This document shows positions 26,896 to 36,273 of a stretch of DNA of 64,000 nt, in pieces. Where the stretch lies: positions 120,590 through 184,589 of the forward strand of contig JAXGNH010000010.1 in the NCBI GenBank assembly GCA_040768165.1. Reading direction: 5' to 3'. A program made the translations under genes and the position numbers. The stretch is from Anaerolineae bacterium. GTDB taxonomy: Bacteria; Chloroflexota; Anaerolineae; UBA1429. Position 1 is the stretch's first letter; every line of letters starts with the position of its first letter. The notes beneath the pieces were generated by a model. That model ran no database searches and was not told the origin of the DNA. It saw only the letters and a list, made by a program, of their open reading frames with translations.

Positions 26896-29475
26896 CTACT
26901 GCGTTCGGTATAGTGCCACGTACGTCGAATAGTTCTGATAGATCAGCCGGATATAGTCCTGCGGCTGCTGGAGCGGGAGTGTCTCGTAGAACAGGTCGTG
27001 GTCGGCGATGGGCTGGTTGTTCGTCCAGCGGCCCATGTTGCCCGGGCCGGCGTTATAGCCCACCAGCGCCGCGATCCAGTCGCGGTCGTAGCGGTCGAGC
27101 AGCATGGCGAGATAGTAGACGCCGTAGCGCACGCTGACCACGGGGCGGGTGAGGATGGCCGGCGTGTAGCCGCTCTCGCCGAGGGAGCGGGCGATGTCGC
27201 CGCCGGTGGCGGGCATCACCTGGGTGAGGCCGGTGGCGCCGGCGTAGGACACCGCCTCGGCGTCAAAGCCGCTCTCCTGGCGCGTGAGGGCCAGGAAGAG
27301 GAGCGGATCCACGTGACGGCGGCGACACTCGTCGTCCACCAGGTGGCCGTAGGTGGTGGGGTAGGAGAGGCCCCACAGGGCGTCGGGCGCGTCGGCGGCG
27401 CCCGCCTCGCGCCCCAGAGTGCGCAGCCGGTTGGCGCACGACAGCGTCACGGCGTGCAGCCCCGCCTCGTCGCTGGCGCGCGTGAGCGCGAGGAGCTGGC
27501 GCGGGTCGTCCTTGACGGTGTCCAGGAGGGCGCGGTAGGCGGCGACCGCCTCGTTGTGCCACCCCAGCGCCAGGTAGGCGCGCCCTCGCAGGATCAGCGG
27601 ATGGCCGGCGACGTCGCCGGTCCCTCCCTCCGCCGCGGGGGCCCAACTATCCACCCACGAGGCGGCCTGCTGCCACTTGGCGGCGTCCATGGCGGTGCTC
27701 GGGATGACGTCGTTCATCTCTGCCGGAAGCACCGGCGAGATCCCCGCCAGGAGGTCGCGGGCGCGCAAGCCATAGTAGTAGGTGGGTGAGGCGGCGCGCG
27801 CCTGCTGCCAGTGGTTCACGGCCGCGTCGCGGTCGTCGCGCTTTTCGGCGGCCAGGCCGAGCCAGGTGTGCAGCCGGGCGCGCTCGTCGGCCGTACGGCC
27901 GGCCTCCAGCGATGCGCTCCAGGCGGCGGTGGCGGCGCTCATGTCGTTGCGGGCGTAGGCGGCCAGCCCCTCGCGAAAGAACGCCTCGGCGGCACGGCTG
28001 CTGCTCGGGTAGCGCGTGCGGAGGTCGCGGTAAGCGGCGCCGGCGCGCTCCCAGTCGCGGGCGCGCTCGACGCTGGTGGCCGCCGTCCAGAGCGCCTCGG
28101 GCGCCCGGGCATGGTCGGGGTGAGCGGCGGCAAAGGCCTGGTACACGCCCACGCCGTCGCCGCCGGCGGCCGCTACGGCGCTCGCCTTGCCGAACCAGGC
28201 GTCGGCCACCAGGGCGTTGCCCGGGAACCCGTCGATGACGGCCTCGTACGACTGGATTGCCTCGTCGTAGCGCTCCAGGCGCTGGAACGCCTGCCCCGCC
28301 AGGTAGTAGGCGGGCGCCGCCTCCTCGCCGGGGATGGTGGGTAGGTGGCGGTGGAGCGCCTCGATGCACGCCTCGTATTGCGCCCCCTGATAGAGGATGC
28401 CCGCCCGTTCATAGTCGTTCACCACCGTGACGCCGATCTGGTCCAGCGCGCCGAGCGCCGTGTAGGCGGCATAGGTGGCTGCGTATTCGGTCACCACGGC
28501 GGTGTACTTGGCGATGGCCTCCTCGTTTCGCCCCGCGTCGCGCAACGCATCCCCCTGCTTTAGCACGATGAGAGCGCGGTAGGGCGCGTTCTGCGCAAAG
28601 GCCAGGATCTCATCGTAGGCCTGCGCGGCGCCGTCCACATCGCCGCGTTTCAGGCGCACCGACGCTAGCTCTTCCAGCATCTCGGCGCGCCGCGAGGATG
28701 ACAGCGCCGCCTGGTCGATGGCCGTGAGCTGCGCCTCGGCCGGCTCCCACTCGTTTAGGGCGGCCAACGCTTTGGCCATGTGCCAGCGCACGTCGGGCGC
28801 CGCCTCGGGGCGGATCGCCAGGTAGCGCTCGTAGGCGTCCACGGCGGCCCGCCACTCCCCCATCGCCTCGTACGAGGTGGCGAGCAACGCCAGGCTGTCG
28901 GCCGTCTCGTCCTGCGAGCGCGCCTCCTCGATGACCACCGCCAGCACGGCGATCGCCTCGGTGTGGCGCCCCTCGGCGCGATAGGCGCGGGCCAGCGCCA
29001 GCACCATGGGCACGCGATGCGCCGGCTCGTCGGCGCGCAGCCGCTCCTCGAGGAGGACGATGGCCCGGCCATAGTCGCCATCTTTCAGCGCCCGGTCGAC
29101 CTCGGGCGGCAGCGCCCCCTCCTCATTGCCCGGATTCTCTGCCGCCGACACTGCCGGGGGATCATCCGCCGTGGGAGCCACCGGCTCGGGGGTGTCGGTG
29201 GGCGGCGGCAAGGTGGCGGTGTCCGTCGGCGCGGGCGTATCCGTCGCCGGGGGTGGCGTGTGGGTGGCGGCCGGCGCCTCGGTGGGCGCGGGAGCCTCCA
29301 TGGCCGTAGTGTCCGCCGCCGAGGGGGAGGCTGCTTCGGCGACGGAGTGGGCCGTCGGCTCTGGGGTGAGGGTCGGCTCACGCCTCCCATCCTTACAGCC
29401 CGCGAGGGCGAGGAGGGCGAGCAGGGCGATGCCGAGGTGGAGCACGTGCAGCGTGGATCGCGATGAGGCGGTCAT
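26896..29475 (-). CDS. Lipoprotein with Pro/Thr/Ala-rich linker, TPR repeats and C-terminal SLT lytic transglycosylase domain
   Basis: I place the start at ATG 29475 (RBS AAGGA). A GTG alternative exists at 29511. Lipobox LLALAGC. SLT motifs LTRQESGFD, ATGLTQVMP and YNAGPGN. Confidence 0.8.
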   Translation of the reverse strand: MTASSRSTLHVLHLGIALLALLALAGCKDGRREPTLTPEPTAHSVAEAASPSAADTTAMEAPAPTEAPAATHTPPPATDTPAPTDTATLPPPTDTPEPVAPTADDPPAVSAAENPGNEEGALPPEVDRALKDGDYGRAIVLLEERLRADEPAHRVPMVLALARAYRAEGRHTEAIAVLAVVIEEARSQDETADSLALLATSYEAMGEWRAAVDAYERYLAIRPEAAPDVRWHMAKALAALNEWEPAEAQLTAIDQAALSSSRRAEMLEELASVRLKRGDVDGAAQAYDEILAFAQNAPYRALIVLKQGDALRDAGRNEEAIAKYTAVVTEYAATYAAYTALGALDQIGVTVVNDYERAGILYQGAQYEACIEALHRHLPTIPGEEAAPAYYLAGQAFQRLERYDEAIQSYEAVIDGFPGNALVADAWFGKASAVAAAGGDGVGVYQAFAAAHPDHARAPEALWTAATSVERARDWERAGAAYRDLRTRYPSSSRAAEAFFREGLAAYARNDMSAATAAWSASLEAGRTADERARLHTWLGLAAEKRDDRDAAVNHWQQARAASPTYYYGLRARDLLAGISPVLPAEMNDVIPSTAMDAAKWQQAASWVDSWAPAAEGGTGDVAGHPLILRGRAYLALGWHNEAVAAYRALLDTVKDDPRQLLALTRASDEAGLHAVTLSCANRLRTLGREAGAADAPDALWGLSYPTTYGHLVDDECRRRHVDPLLFLALTRQESGFDAEAVSYAGATGLTQVMPATGGDIARSLGESGYTPAILTRPVVSVRYGVYYLAMLLDRYDRDWIAALVGYNAGPGNMGRWTNNQPIADHDLFYETLPLQQPQDYIRLIYQNYSTYVALYRTQ

Positions 29476-29507
29476 GCGCCGTGTGTCCTTTGTGTTCGTG
29501 CTCCGGA

Positions 29508-30683
29508 TCACGCCGATGCCCAGGCGGCGAGCGCGCGATCCAGCGCGGCGATCAGGTCGTCGGGATCCTCCAGGCCGATGCTGATGCGGTAGGTGTCGTT
29601 GTCCAGCCCCAGTTCCCGACGCAGGGCGGGATCCCCCTTCTGGTGGGTGATGAGGGGCAGGATGAGGCTCTCGTAGCCGCCCCAGCTATAGCCGAGGCGG
29701 TACAGGCCCAGGAGGGAATCCACGAAGCGGTGTTGGGCGGCCTCGTCGCGCGGCTGCAAGCGAAAGCCGAACAGCCCCGAGTAGCCGCACATCTGCGTCC
29801 TGGCGAGTTCGTACCCCGGGAAGGAGGGGAGCCCCGGATGACGCACCTCGCGCACCTCGGGCCGCGTCTCCAGCCAGCGGGCCACCTTGAGGGCCGACTC
29901 CTGGTGGCGCGCCATGCGCACCGGCAGGGTCCGCAGGCCACGGATCGTCAGGTAGGCGTCGTCGGGCGAGAGGATGCCGCCCAGGAGGCGGGCGGTGGCG
30001 CGCACCGGCTTCATCGCCTCGGCGCTGCCCGTCACGAGGCCCAGCATGAGGTCCGAGTGGCCGGCGATGTACTTGGTGCCGGCGTGGAGCGAGAGATCGA
30101 TCCCCAGCTCGATGGGCGTCTGGTAGAGGGGCGTGGCCCAGGTGTTGTCGATCATGGTGATGGCGCCGTGCTCGCGGGCCACCCGCGCCACGGAGCGTAG
30201 GTCCTGGATGTCAAAGGTCAGGCTGCCGGGCGATTCGACATAAATGACGCGCGTGTTGGGCCGCATGCGCGCCGACAGGTCGGCGCACTCGCCGCAGGGA
30301 AAGTACTCCGTCTCGACGCCGAGCTGCCGCAGCATGCCGTCGCAAAACTGGCGCACGGGGCCATAGACGCACGACACGACGAGCATATGGTCGCCCGATC
30401 GCAGGTAGGCGAGCAGGGCGGTGGTGATGGCCGCCATCCCCGAGGCGAACGCCTGGGCGTCGTCCGTCTTTTCGAGGAAGGCGATCTTTTCCTCGAGGAC
30501 GTGCGTGGTGGGGTTGCCCGAGCGACCGTAGACATAGTGCTGCTCGCGCCCCTCGGTGGTGTTCAGGTATTGCTGCAGCGACTCGAAGCAGAACAGCGAG
30601 GCGTGGACGACGGGCGGGTTGACGGCGCCGTTCCAGTCGCAAGGGGTGTCGCCGACGTGCAAGAGTTCGGTATCGCGCTTCAT
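29508..30683 (-). CDS. Cys/Met-metabolism PLP-dependent enzyme (cystathionine beta-lyase/gamma-synthase family)
   Basis: ATG 30683 (MKRDTELLH). YGRSGNPT, and the PLP-lysine region GTKYIAGHSDLMLG. Confidence 0.8.
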   Translation of the reverse strand: MKRDTELLHVGDTPCDWNGAVNPPVVHASLFCFESLQQYLNTTEGREQHYVYGRSGNPTTHVLEEKIAFLEKTDDAQAFASGMAAITTALLAYLRSGDHMLVVSCVYGPVRQFCDGMLRQLGVETEYFPCGECADLSARMRPNTRVIYVESPGSLTFDIQDLRSVARVAREHGAITMIDNTWATPLYQTPIELGIDLSLHAGTKYIAGHSDLMLGLVTGSAEAMKPVRATARLLGGILSPDDAYLTIRGLRTLPVRMARHQESALKVARWLETRPEVREVRHPGLPSFPGYELARTQMCGYSGLFGFRLQPRDEAAQHRFVDSLLGLYRLGYSWGGYESLILPLITHQKGDPALRRELGLDNDTYRISIGLEDPDDLIAALDRALAAWASA

Positions 30684-30786
30684 GGCCCTCACCTGGGGTT
30701 GCTGCGGCCGCGATGCTCGGCCGGTCTGGGGTGTAGGGGGCATCATAGCGGAGCGGGGGGGCGGTGTCAAAGACGGGCAGGAGATA

Positions 30787-30951
30787 GAACGCGGATGCAC
30801 GCGGATGGGGCGGATTTACGCGGATTCATACGGGAACTAACCAGAGGGCCGTGACCGCAGAGCAGAGGGCTTTTACGCAATCTCTGCGGCATCTACGGTA
30901 AGACCCTAACCGATCCGCGCTGATCCGCCAAATCCGCGTGCATCCGCGTTC
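30787..30951. repeat. Family B palindromic element with inner CTCTGCG-type block
   Basis: gaacgcggatgcacgcggatggggcggatttacgcggat ... atccgcgctgatccgccaaatccgcgtgcatccgcgttc. Confidence 0.85.
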
Positions 30952-30963
30952 TATTCCCCCTCA

Positions 30964-30992
30964 TTGACCGCATCGTCGGGCGCCGGTATACT
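30964..30992 (+). promoter_or_regulatory. Promoter TTGACC-17-TATACT
   Basis: ttgacc gcatcgtcgggcgccgg tatact, 30 nt upstream of ATG 31022. Confidence 0.55.
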
Positions 30993-31021
30993 GGCCGGTA
31001 TCCTGATCGAGAGAGTGATAC

Positions 31022-31447
31022 ATGGGTCGAATCATCAACACTGCCAGCCCCGGGAGCGAGCGCAACCGGCTGCGACGCACCATCGCCGAGATTCTGCGGC
31101 ACCTGATGTTCAAGCGCGGCGTGGACGATGAGGTGAAGGACATGACGGCGACCCTCGTGTTCGCGCTACGCGGCATCGCCGAGTCGGTGGAGGTGACCAC
31201 CGACGCCTGGGAGAAGCGCGACTACTATGTGAAGGCGGATCGCTTCCGCCTCGACTGGGAGTGGGTGACGCCGGCGGCGCGCCGCCTCGCGGCGCTGGTC
31301 CGCGAGGACCGCTGGCAGGACCTCCCGAGCGAGTTGGCGGCCCTGGCGCCCCGCTTTGGCGATATCCGCATCGCCAAGATGACGCGCGCCCCCTCTATCT
31401 GGGCGTCGGGCTATGAAACGCTGATGCAGGAGAAGGCGGGGGCGTAG
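31022..31447 (+). CDS. Hypothetical protein (141 aa), no recognisable domain
   Basis: ORF with its own promoter and coding-like composition. Confidence 0.5.
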   Translation: MGRIINTASPGSERNRLRRTIAEILRHLMFKRGVDDEVKDMTATLVFALRGIAESVEVTTDAWEKRDYYVKADRFRLDWEWVTPAARRLAALVREDRWQDLPSELAALAPRFGDIRIAKMTRAPSIWASGYETLMQEKAGA

Positions 31448-31458
31448 CGGGCGGAGCG

Positions 31459-31603
31459 CCGGTTGCGGGTTGCGAGCCGGAAGGGCGGTTGCAGGGCCCA
31501 GGTGGCAGGTTACAGGGTCTAGGGCGCCCCATCGTCTCGGGTCTGTAACCTGCAACCTGTCACCTGTACCAACTCTGCCGGCCCGGAACCCGGAACTCGC
31601 AAC
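31459..31603. repeat. Family A nested palindrome
   Basis: ccggttgcgggttgcg..ggcaggttacagggtc ... gtctgtaacctgcaacctgtcacctgt..cggaactcgcaac. Confidence 0.85.
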
Positions 31604-31629
31604 TCCCCGTCGAAAAGAGGAGGGCGACT

Positions 31630-33213
31630 ATGACGTCGCAGCCCCAACAGAACGCCGCAGCATCCATCGACGTCGAGGCGCCGATCTCGGCCGTGACGGT
31701 GTATCGGCGCGGCGCCCGCGTCACGCGCACGGGGCGCGTCGATGTGCTGCCCGGCGCCGTGGAACTCGCCCTGCGAGGCCTGCCGGCGTCGCTGGCGGCC
31801 GATTCGGTGCGCGCCCGAGGGCGCGGCTCGGCGGAGGCGCGGCTGCTGGGGGTGGATGTACGCCGCGCGTTCTATGCCCAGCCGGCGCAGGCGACGGTGC
31901 AGGCGCTCGGTCGCCAACTGCGCGAGCTAGAGGAGCAACAGCGGGCGCTGTCATTGCGCCGCGAGGCGGCGGAGGCCAACCGCACCCTGCTGTCGAACCT
32001 GGCGGCCTCGGCCGGACGGCAGTTGGCGCGGGCCATGGCACAGGGCCAGGCGAGGTCGGCCGAGGGCTTGGCTATCATCTTCTTTGTGCGCGAGCAGTTC
32101 GAGACGGCCAACGAGCGGCTCCTGGCGGTGGACCGGGAGGAACGGCACCTGCAGGATCGCATCGCGCAGGTGCGCGCCGAGCTAGAGAACGTCAGCGGGG
32201 GCGCGGACCGCGAGGGGTACGACGTGATCGTGGCGCTGGAGGCGAACAGCGCCGACACGCTGGAACTCGAGGTGACCTACAACGTCCCCAACGCCTCTTG
32301 GACGCCGCTCTACGACCTGCGCCTGTTCGAGGCGGAGGACGGACCCCGGATCGAGGCGACCTACCTGGCGGAGGTGTCGCAGCGCTCGGGTGAGGCGTGG
32401 GACGACGTGTCCCTGACCCTCTCCACGGCGCGTCCGGCCGGCGGGGAGCGGGTGCCAGAACTGCGTCCCTGGATCATCCGCACGGAGCTGCCGCCCATGC
32501 CGGCGCCCATGGCTCGGCGGGAGATGGGTGACATGGCGCTCCCCGCGATGGCCATGGAGGAGTCGGCCCCCCTGGAGGCGGAGGTCTCCAGCGACGGCCC
32601 CGCCGTCACCTTCCGCGTGCCCCGGCGGGCCTCGGTGCCGGGCGACGGCGGCCCACACAAGGCGACCATCGCCCGCCTCGACCTGATGTCAACCCTCGAC
32701 TATGTGACCGCTCCCAAGTTGGACGCGACGGCCTACCGCCGTGCTCGGGTGACGAACGCCAGCGCCTACGTGTTCCTCCCGGGGCGGGCGAATGTCTTTT
32801 GGGGGGACGAGTTCGTGGGGCGTGCCGCCCTCGAGACGGTGGCGCCCGGACAGACGTTCGAGCTGTCGCTGGGCGCCGACGATCGCGTCACCGTCAAGCG
32901 TGAGCCCGTCGCGCGGGGCGCCGACAAGGCGCTGCTGCGCGATGTGCGGCGCTCGCGCTACGGCTATGCCATCACCGTCACCAACCTCACCGGCGCGCCG
33001 CAGACGGTGGTGGTGCGCGACCAGATCCCCGTATCGACGAGCGAGCGCGTCACGGTGCGCCTCGATGAGGCCGACCCCCCGCCAAAAGAAAAGAGCGCGA
33101 TGGGCCTGCTAGAGTGGGAGTTGGCGCTGGACGCCGGTCAGGAGCAGATCATCACCTTCCTCTTTGTCGTGGAGCAGCCCCGCGACGTCACGGTGTACGG
33201 CCTGCCGGATTGA
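31630..33213 (+). CDS. DUF4139/DUF4140-family protein (mucoidy-inhibitor MuiA-like conserved hypothetical)
   Basis: An N-terminal beta-rich region, a central coiled coil (LRELEEQQRALSLRREAAEANRTLL) and a C-terminal DUF4139-like region. Assignment is from memory. Confidence 0.55.
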   Translation: MTSQPQQNAAASIDVEAPISAVTVYRRGARVTRTGRVDVLPGAVELALRGLPASLAADSVRARGRGSAEARLLGVDVRRAFYAQPAQATVQALGRQLRELEEQQRALSLRREAAEANRTLLSNLAASAGRQLARAMAQGQARSAEGLAIIFFVREQFETANERLLAVDREERHLQDRIAQVRAELENVSGGADREGYDVIVALEANSADTLELEVTYNVPNASWTPLYDLRLFEAEDGPRIEATYLAEVSQRSGEAWDDVSLTLSTARPAGGERVPELRPWIIRTELPPMPAPMARREMGDMALPAMAMEESAPLEAEVSSDGPAVTFRVPRRASVPGDGGPHKATIARLDLMSTLDYVTAPKLDATAYRRARVTNASAYVFLPGRANVFWGDEFVGRAALETVAPGQTFELSLGADDRVTVKREPVARGADKALLRDVRRSRYGYAITVTNLTGAPQTVVVRDQIPVSTSERVTVRLDEADPPPKEKSAMGLLEWELALDAGQEQIITFLFVVEQPRDVTVYGLPD

Positions 33214-33243
33214 GGCAAGATCGACGTAGAGTGAAACCGATGG

Positions 33244-33282
33244 CACGCGGATTTCGCGGATCGAACGCGGATTTTGCGGATC
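33244..33282. repeat. Family B half element
   Basis: cacgcggatttcgcggatcgaacgcggattttgcggatc. Confidence 0.6.
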
Positions 33283-33417
33283 TTTCTGGTTGCTTTATTG
33301 GTGAATTTGATCGTATCTCTTCCTGCTAACCCACCCCAAGCATCCCTCCAACATCCATACGTCGGGTTGCAGAGGCGCCAAGGGCGCAGATTCTGCCGTC
33401 GTGGAGGAGGTGTCCTC

Positions 33418-34377
33418 ATGGGAGCGTTGAACGGTCGGGTTGCCGTCGTGGCAGGGGCCACGCGGGGGGCGGGACGCGGCATTGCCGTGTCGCTGGGCGA
33501 GGCGGGGGCGACGGTCTATTGCACCGGCCGCAGCGTGCGCGGCCGGCCCGCCGGCAGTCGCCCGGAGACCATCGACGAGACGGCCGAGATGGTGAGCGCT
33601 CGCGGTGGCGTGGGGATCGCCATGCGTGTGGACCACAGCGAGCCGGAGGAGGTGCGCGCCCTCGCCGAGCGGGTACGCGTCGAGCAGGGCCGCCTCGATG
33701 TGCTGGTCAACGACATCTGGGGCGGCGATGAACTCACCGCCTGGGACAAACCCTTCTGGGAGCACTCGCTGGAGGACGGCCTGCTCATGCAGCGCCGCGC
33801 GGTGCATACCCACATCATCACCAGCCACTCCCTGGCGCCGCTGATGGTGGCGCGCGGCGCCGGCCTCATCATCGAGATCACCGACGGCGACAGCCTCGAC
33901 TATTACCGGGGCAACCTCTACTACGACCTCGCCAAGGTCTGCGCCATTCGCCTGGCCTACGCCATGGCGCAGGAACTCGAGCCGCACCACGTCACCGCGG
34001 TGGCCCTCACGCCGGGATTCTTGCGGTCGGAGGCGATGCTCGACTATTTCGGCGTCGCCGAGGCGAACTGGCGGGATGCGGCGGCCCAGGAACCCTCATT
34101 CGCCGGCTCCGAGACCCCCTACTACATCGGGCGGGCGGTGGCGGCGCTGGCGTCGGACCCCGACGTGTTTCGCTACACCGGGCTGACCTTGAGCACCTGG
34201 AACCTGGCCAGGGAGTACGGCTTTACCGACGTGGACGGCTCCCAGCCCTACTGGCCCGACTACTATGAGCCCGCGAGGCGGGAGGAGCCGGATCGCGAGG
34301 GGGACCTGGATCGCGAAGCGGATTTGGATCGCGAAAACTCGAAGGGGGCGAAAGACGCGAAAGGGGCTACGCCGTAG
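33418..34377 (+). CDS. SDR-family oxidoreductase with repeat-encoded acidic/basic C-terminal tail
   Basis: ATG 33418 after GGAGGAGG. VAGATRGAGRG and the YYDLAK catalytic motif. The tail EEPDREGDLDREADLDRENSKGAKDAKGATP is encoded by a GATCGCGAA-type repeat block. Confidence 0.8.
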   Translation: MGALNGRVAVVAGATRGAGRGIAVSLGEAGATVYCTGRSVRGRPAGSRPETIDETAEMVSARGGVGIAMRVDHSEPEEVRALAERVRVEQGRLDVLVNDIWGGDELTAWDKPFWEHSLEDGLLMQRRAVHTHIITSHSLAPLMVARGAGLIIEITDGDSLDYYRGNLYYDLAKVCAIRLAYAMAQELEPHHVTAVALTPGFLRSEAMLDYFGVAEANWRDAAAQEPSFAGSETPYYIGRAVAALASDPDVFRYTGLTLSTWNLAREYGFTDVDGSQPYWPDYYEPARREEPDREGDLDREADLDRENSKGAKDAKGATP

Positions 34378-34454
34378 CGCCGCCGCCCGCCGCGGGCCAG
34401 AGTTCGGTGCTCGCGTCGCAATGCCCGCCTGTGCACGCTGCGATAGCGCATGAT

Positions 34455-34775
34455 GCTGTAGGGTCCGCACGCTGTGCGGAAGGCGACGCGCTGTGCGTGG
34501 CCTGCCTGTCTCCTTGGGCGCCGCGAGCCAAAGCTCGGTAGCGCGCGATGCTGTAGGGTCCGCACGCTGTGCGGAAGGCGACGCGCTGTGCGTGGCTTGC
34601 CTGTCTCCTTGGGCGCCGCGAGCTAAGGCTCGGTAGCGCGATGCTGTAGGGTCCGCACGCTGTGCGGAAGGCGACGCGCTGTGCGTGGCCTGCCTGTCTC
34701 CTTGGGCGCCGCGAGCTAAAGCTCGGTAGCGCGATGCTGTAGGGGCCGCACGCTGTGCGGACCGCCGCTCGATGG
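34455..34775. repeat. Tandem array (about 3.4 x 93-95 bp) of GTAGGG-headed REP-like units
   Basis: Unit starts gctgtagggtccgcacgctgtgcgga at 34455, 34550, 34643 and 34736. Confidence 0.9.
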
Positions 34776-34807
34776 TCGGCATACATCGTAGATGGGGGGA
34801 ACGCACC

Positions 34808-35947
34808 ATGGCCGGACGCATTTTCGCCATTCAGAAGGATGGAACGCTGCACCCCATGACCGAGGCGCCCTATGCCGACGAAGACCTGTTCCAGCGTCTC
34901 CTGTCGGACTATCCCGACCTGCTGGTGGGCGAACAGGTCAACGAGGAGGCCCCGCGCCGATGGATGCTCGTCTCGCGCGAGGTGGGCGTGCCCCTGGAGG
35001 CGGAGGGCGGCGACACGTTCTCGGTGGATCACCTCTTTCTCGATCAGGACGGTGTGCCCACGCTCGTCGAGGTCAAGCGCAGCAGCGACCATCGCATCCG
35101 CCGGGAGGTGGTGGGGCAGATGCTCGACTATGCCGCCCATGCGGTGGCGCATTGGCGCCCTGATGCCATCAGAACGCGGTTCGAGGGTCAGTGTGCGCAG
35201 GGCGGCGCCGACCCCATGGCGCAGGTGGCGGAGTTGATTGATGCCGACCCCAGCGACGAGGAGGCGGTCGAGGAGTACTGGTCGCAGGTGGGCACGAACC
35301 TGCGGGCGGGCCGCATTCGCCTCATGTTCGTTGCCGATGTGATTGGCGGCGAGTTGCGCCGCGTTATCGAGTTCCTGAACCGCTTTATGGACCCCGTCGA
35401 GGTGCTGGGCGTCGAGATCCGCCAGTACCAGGGACGCGGCCTGCGGACGCTCGTGCCGCGCCTCGTGGGGCAGACCATGGCGACGCAGGGAAAAGCGGGC
35501 ACGAGCGCCGCCAAGCGCCAATGGGACGAGGAATCGTACTTCCGTGAACTCGAGGAGCGCCGTGGCCCCGACGAGGCGCGCGTCGCGAGGGCGATCCTGG
35601 AATGGGCAAAGCCGCGCGTGACGCGTGTCTGGTGGGGACGAGGCCAGGACGGGAACTTTGTGCCGACCCTGGATCACCATGGGAGAAAGCACCAAGTCTT
35701 TGGTGTCGTGACACGCGGAGTGGTGGACATCTACTTCCTCCCATATTCATACAAGCCGCCCTTTAGCGCTGAGAGCAAGAGGCTCGACCTTCTCGAGAGG
35801 CTGAACACCATCCCTGGGGTCTCTATCTCCAGGGAGAGTATCAGGAGGTATCCCAAGATCCGGCTGGCGACTCTGCTGGACGAGAAGGTTCTACAGCAGT
35901 TTCTTGCCGTATACGATTGGTACCTGGACGAGGTGCGCAAGACCTAA
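34808..35947 (+). CDS. PD-(D/E)xK nuclease-fold protein (NucS/DUF91-like core) with uncharacterised C-terminal half
   Basis: ATG 34808 (MAGRIFAIQ). Core is FSVDHLFLDQDGVPTLVEVKRSSD..REVVGQMLDYAA (D ... E-V-K). Confidence 0.6.
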   Translation: MAGRIFAIQKDGTLHPMTEAPYADEDLFQRLLSDYPDLLVGEQVNEEAPRRWMLVSREVGVPLEAEGGDTFSVDHLFLDQDGVPTLVEVKRSSDHRIRREVVGQMLDYAAHAVAHWRPDAIRTRFEGQCAQGGADPMAQVAELIDADPSDEEAVEEYWSQVGTNLRAGRIRLMFVADVIGGELRRVIEFLNRFMDPVEVLGVEIRQYQGRGLRTLVPRLVGQTMATQGKAGTSAAKRQWDEESYFRELEERRGPDEARVARAILEWAKPRVTRVWWGRGQDGNFVPTLDHHGRKHQVFGVVTRGVVDIYFLPYSYKPPFSAESKRLDLLERLNTIPGVSISRESIRRYPKIRLATLLDEKVLQQFLAVYDWYLDEVRKT

Positions 35948-36015
35948 CCCCGGGCGAGGGGTGGCGCGGGCGGAACCTTGCCTGGCAGGCGCAGGAGCTC
36001 GGTCAGCGCGCCGGC

Positions 36016-36042
36016 GGTCCGCACAGCGTGCGGACCCTACAG
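36016..36042. repeat. Inverted copy of the GTAGGG-TCCGCAC REP unit
   Basis: ggtccgcacagcgtgcggaccctacag is the reverse complement of the unit core at 34455-34775. Confidence 0.85.
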
Positions 36043-36211
36043 TACCGCGCCCCTAGCCTGCGCAGGCAGGCTTTGCAGGGCTAGCGCCGGGCCTCGGCCC
36101 GCGGCGTGTGCGGGCGTGTGAGGACCCTACGGCCCGCGATGCGTCTCCTTTCGCCCATTTCGCGCTTTCGCGATCCAAACGCCCCTGTGATCCAGGCGTC
36201 CCGCGTCCCCG

Positions 36212-36252
36212 ACACACAAACCGGGCTCCGGAGATTATCCTCTGAAGCCCGG
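36212..36252 (-). terminator. Intrinsic terminator after the FAH-family gene
   Basis: Minus strand reads ccgggcttcagaggataatctccggagcccgg followed by tttgtgtgt. Confidence 0.6.
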
Positions 36253-36273
36253 TGTCTGTTCCGGTACGCCTAG

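Noticed and set aside
34096-34830. ORFs translated from repeat arrays (34096..34830, 34263..34565, 61306..62082, 61373..62506, 48464..48652 and others).
   Set aside because: Their sequences are periodic translations of the tandem repeats (for example GRPRTARRLPHSVRTLQH, GDRRVAQDPAP) on either strand. No independent coding evidence exists.
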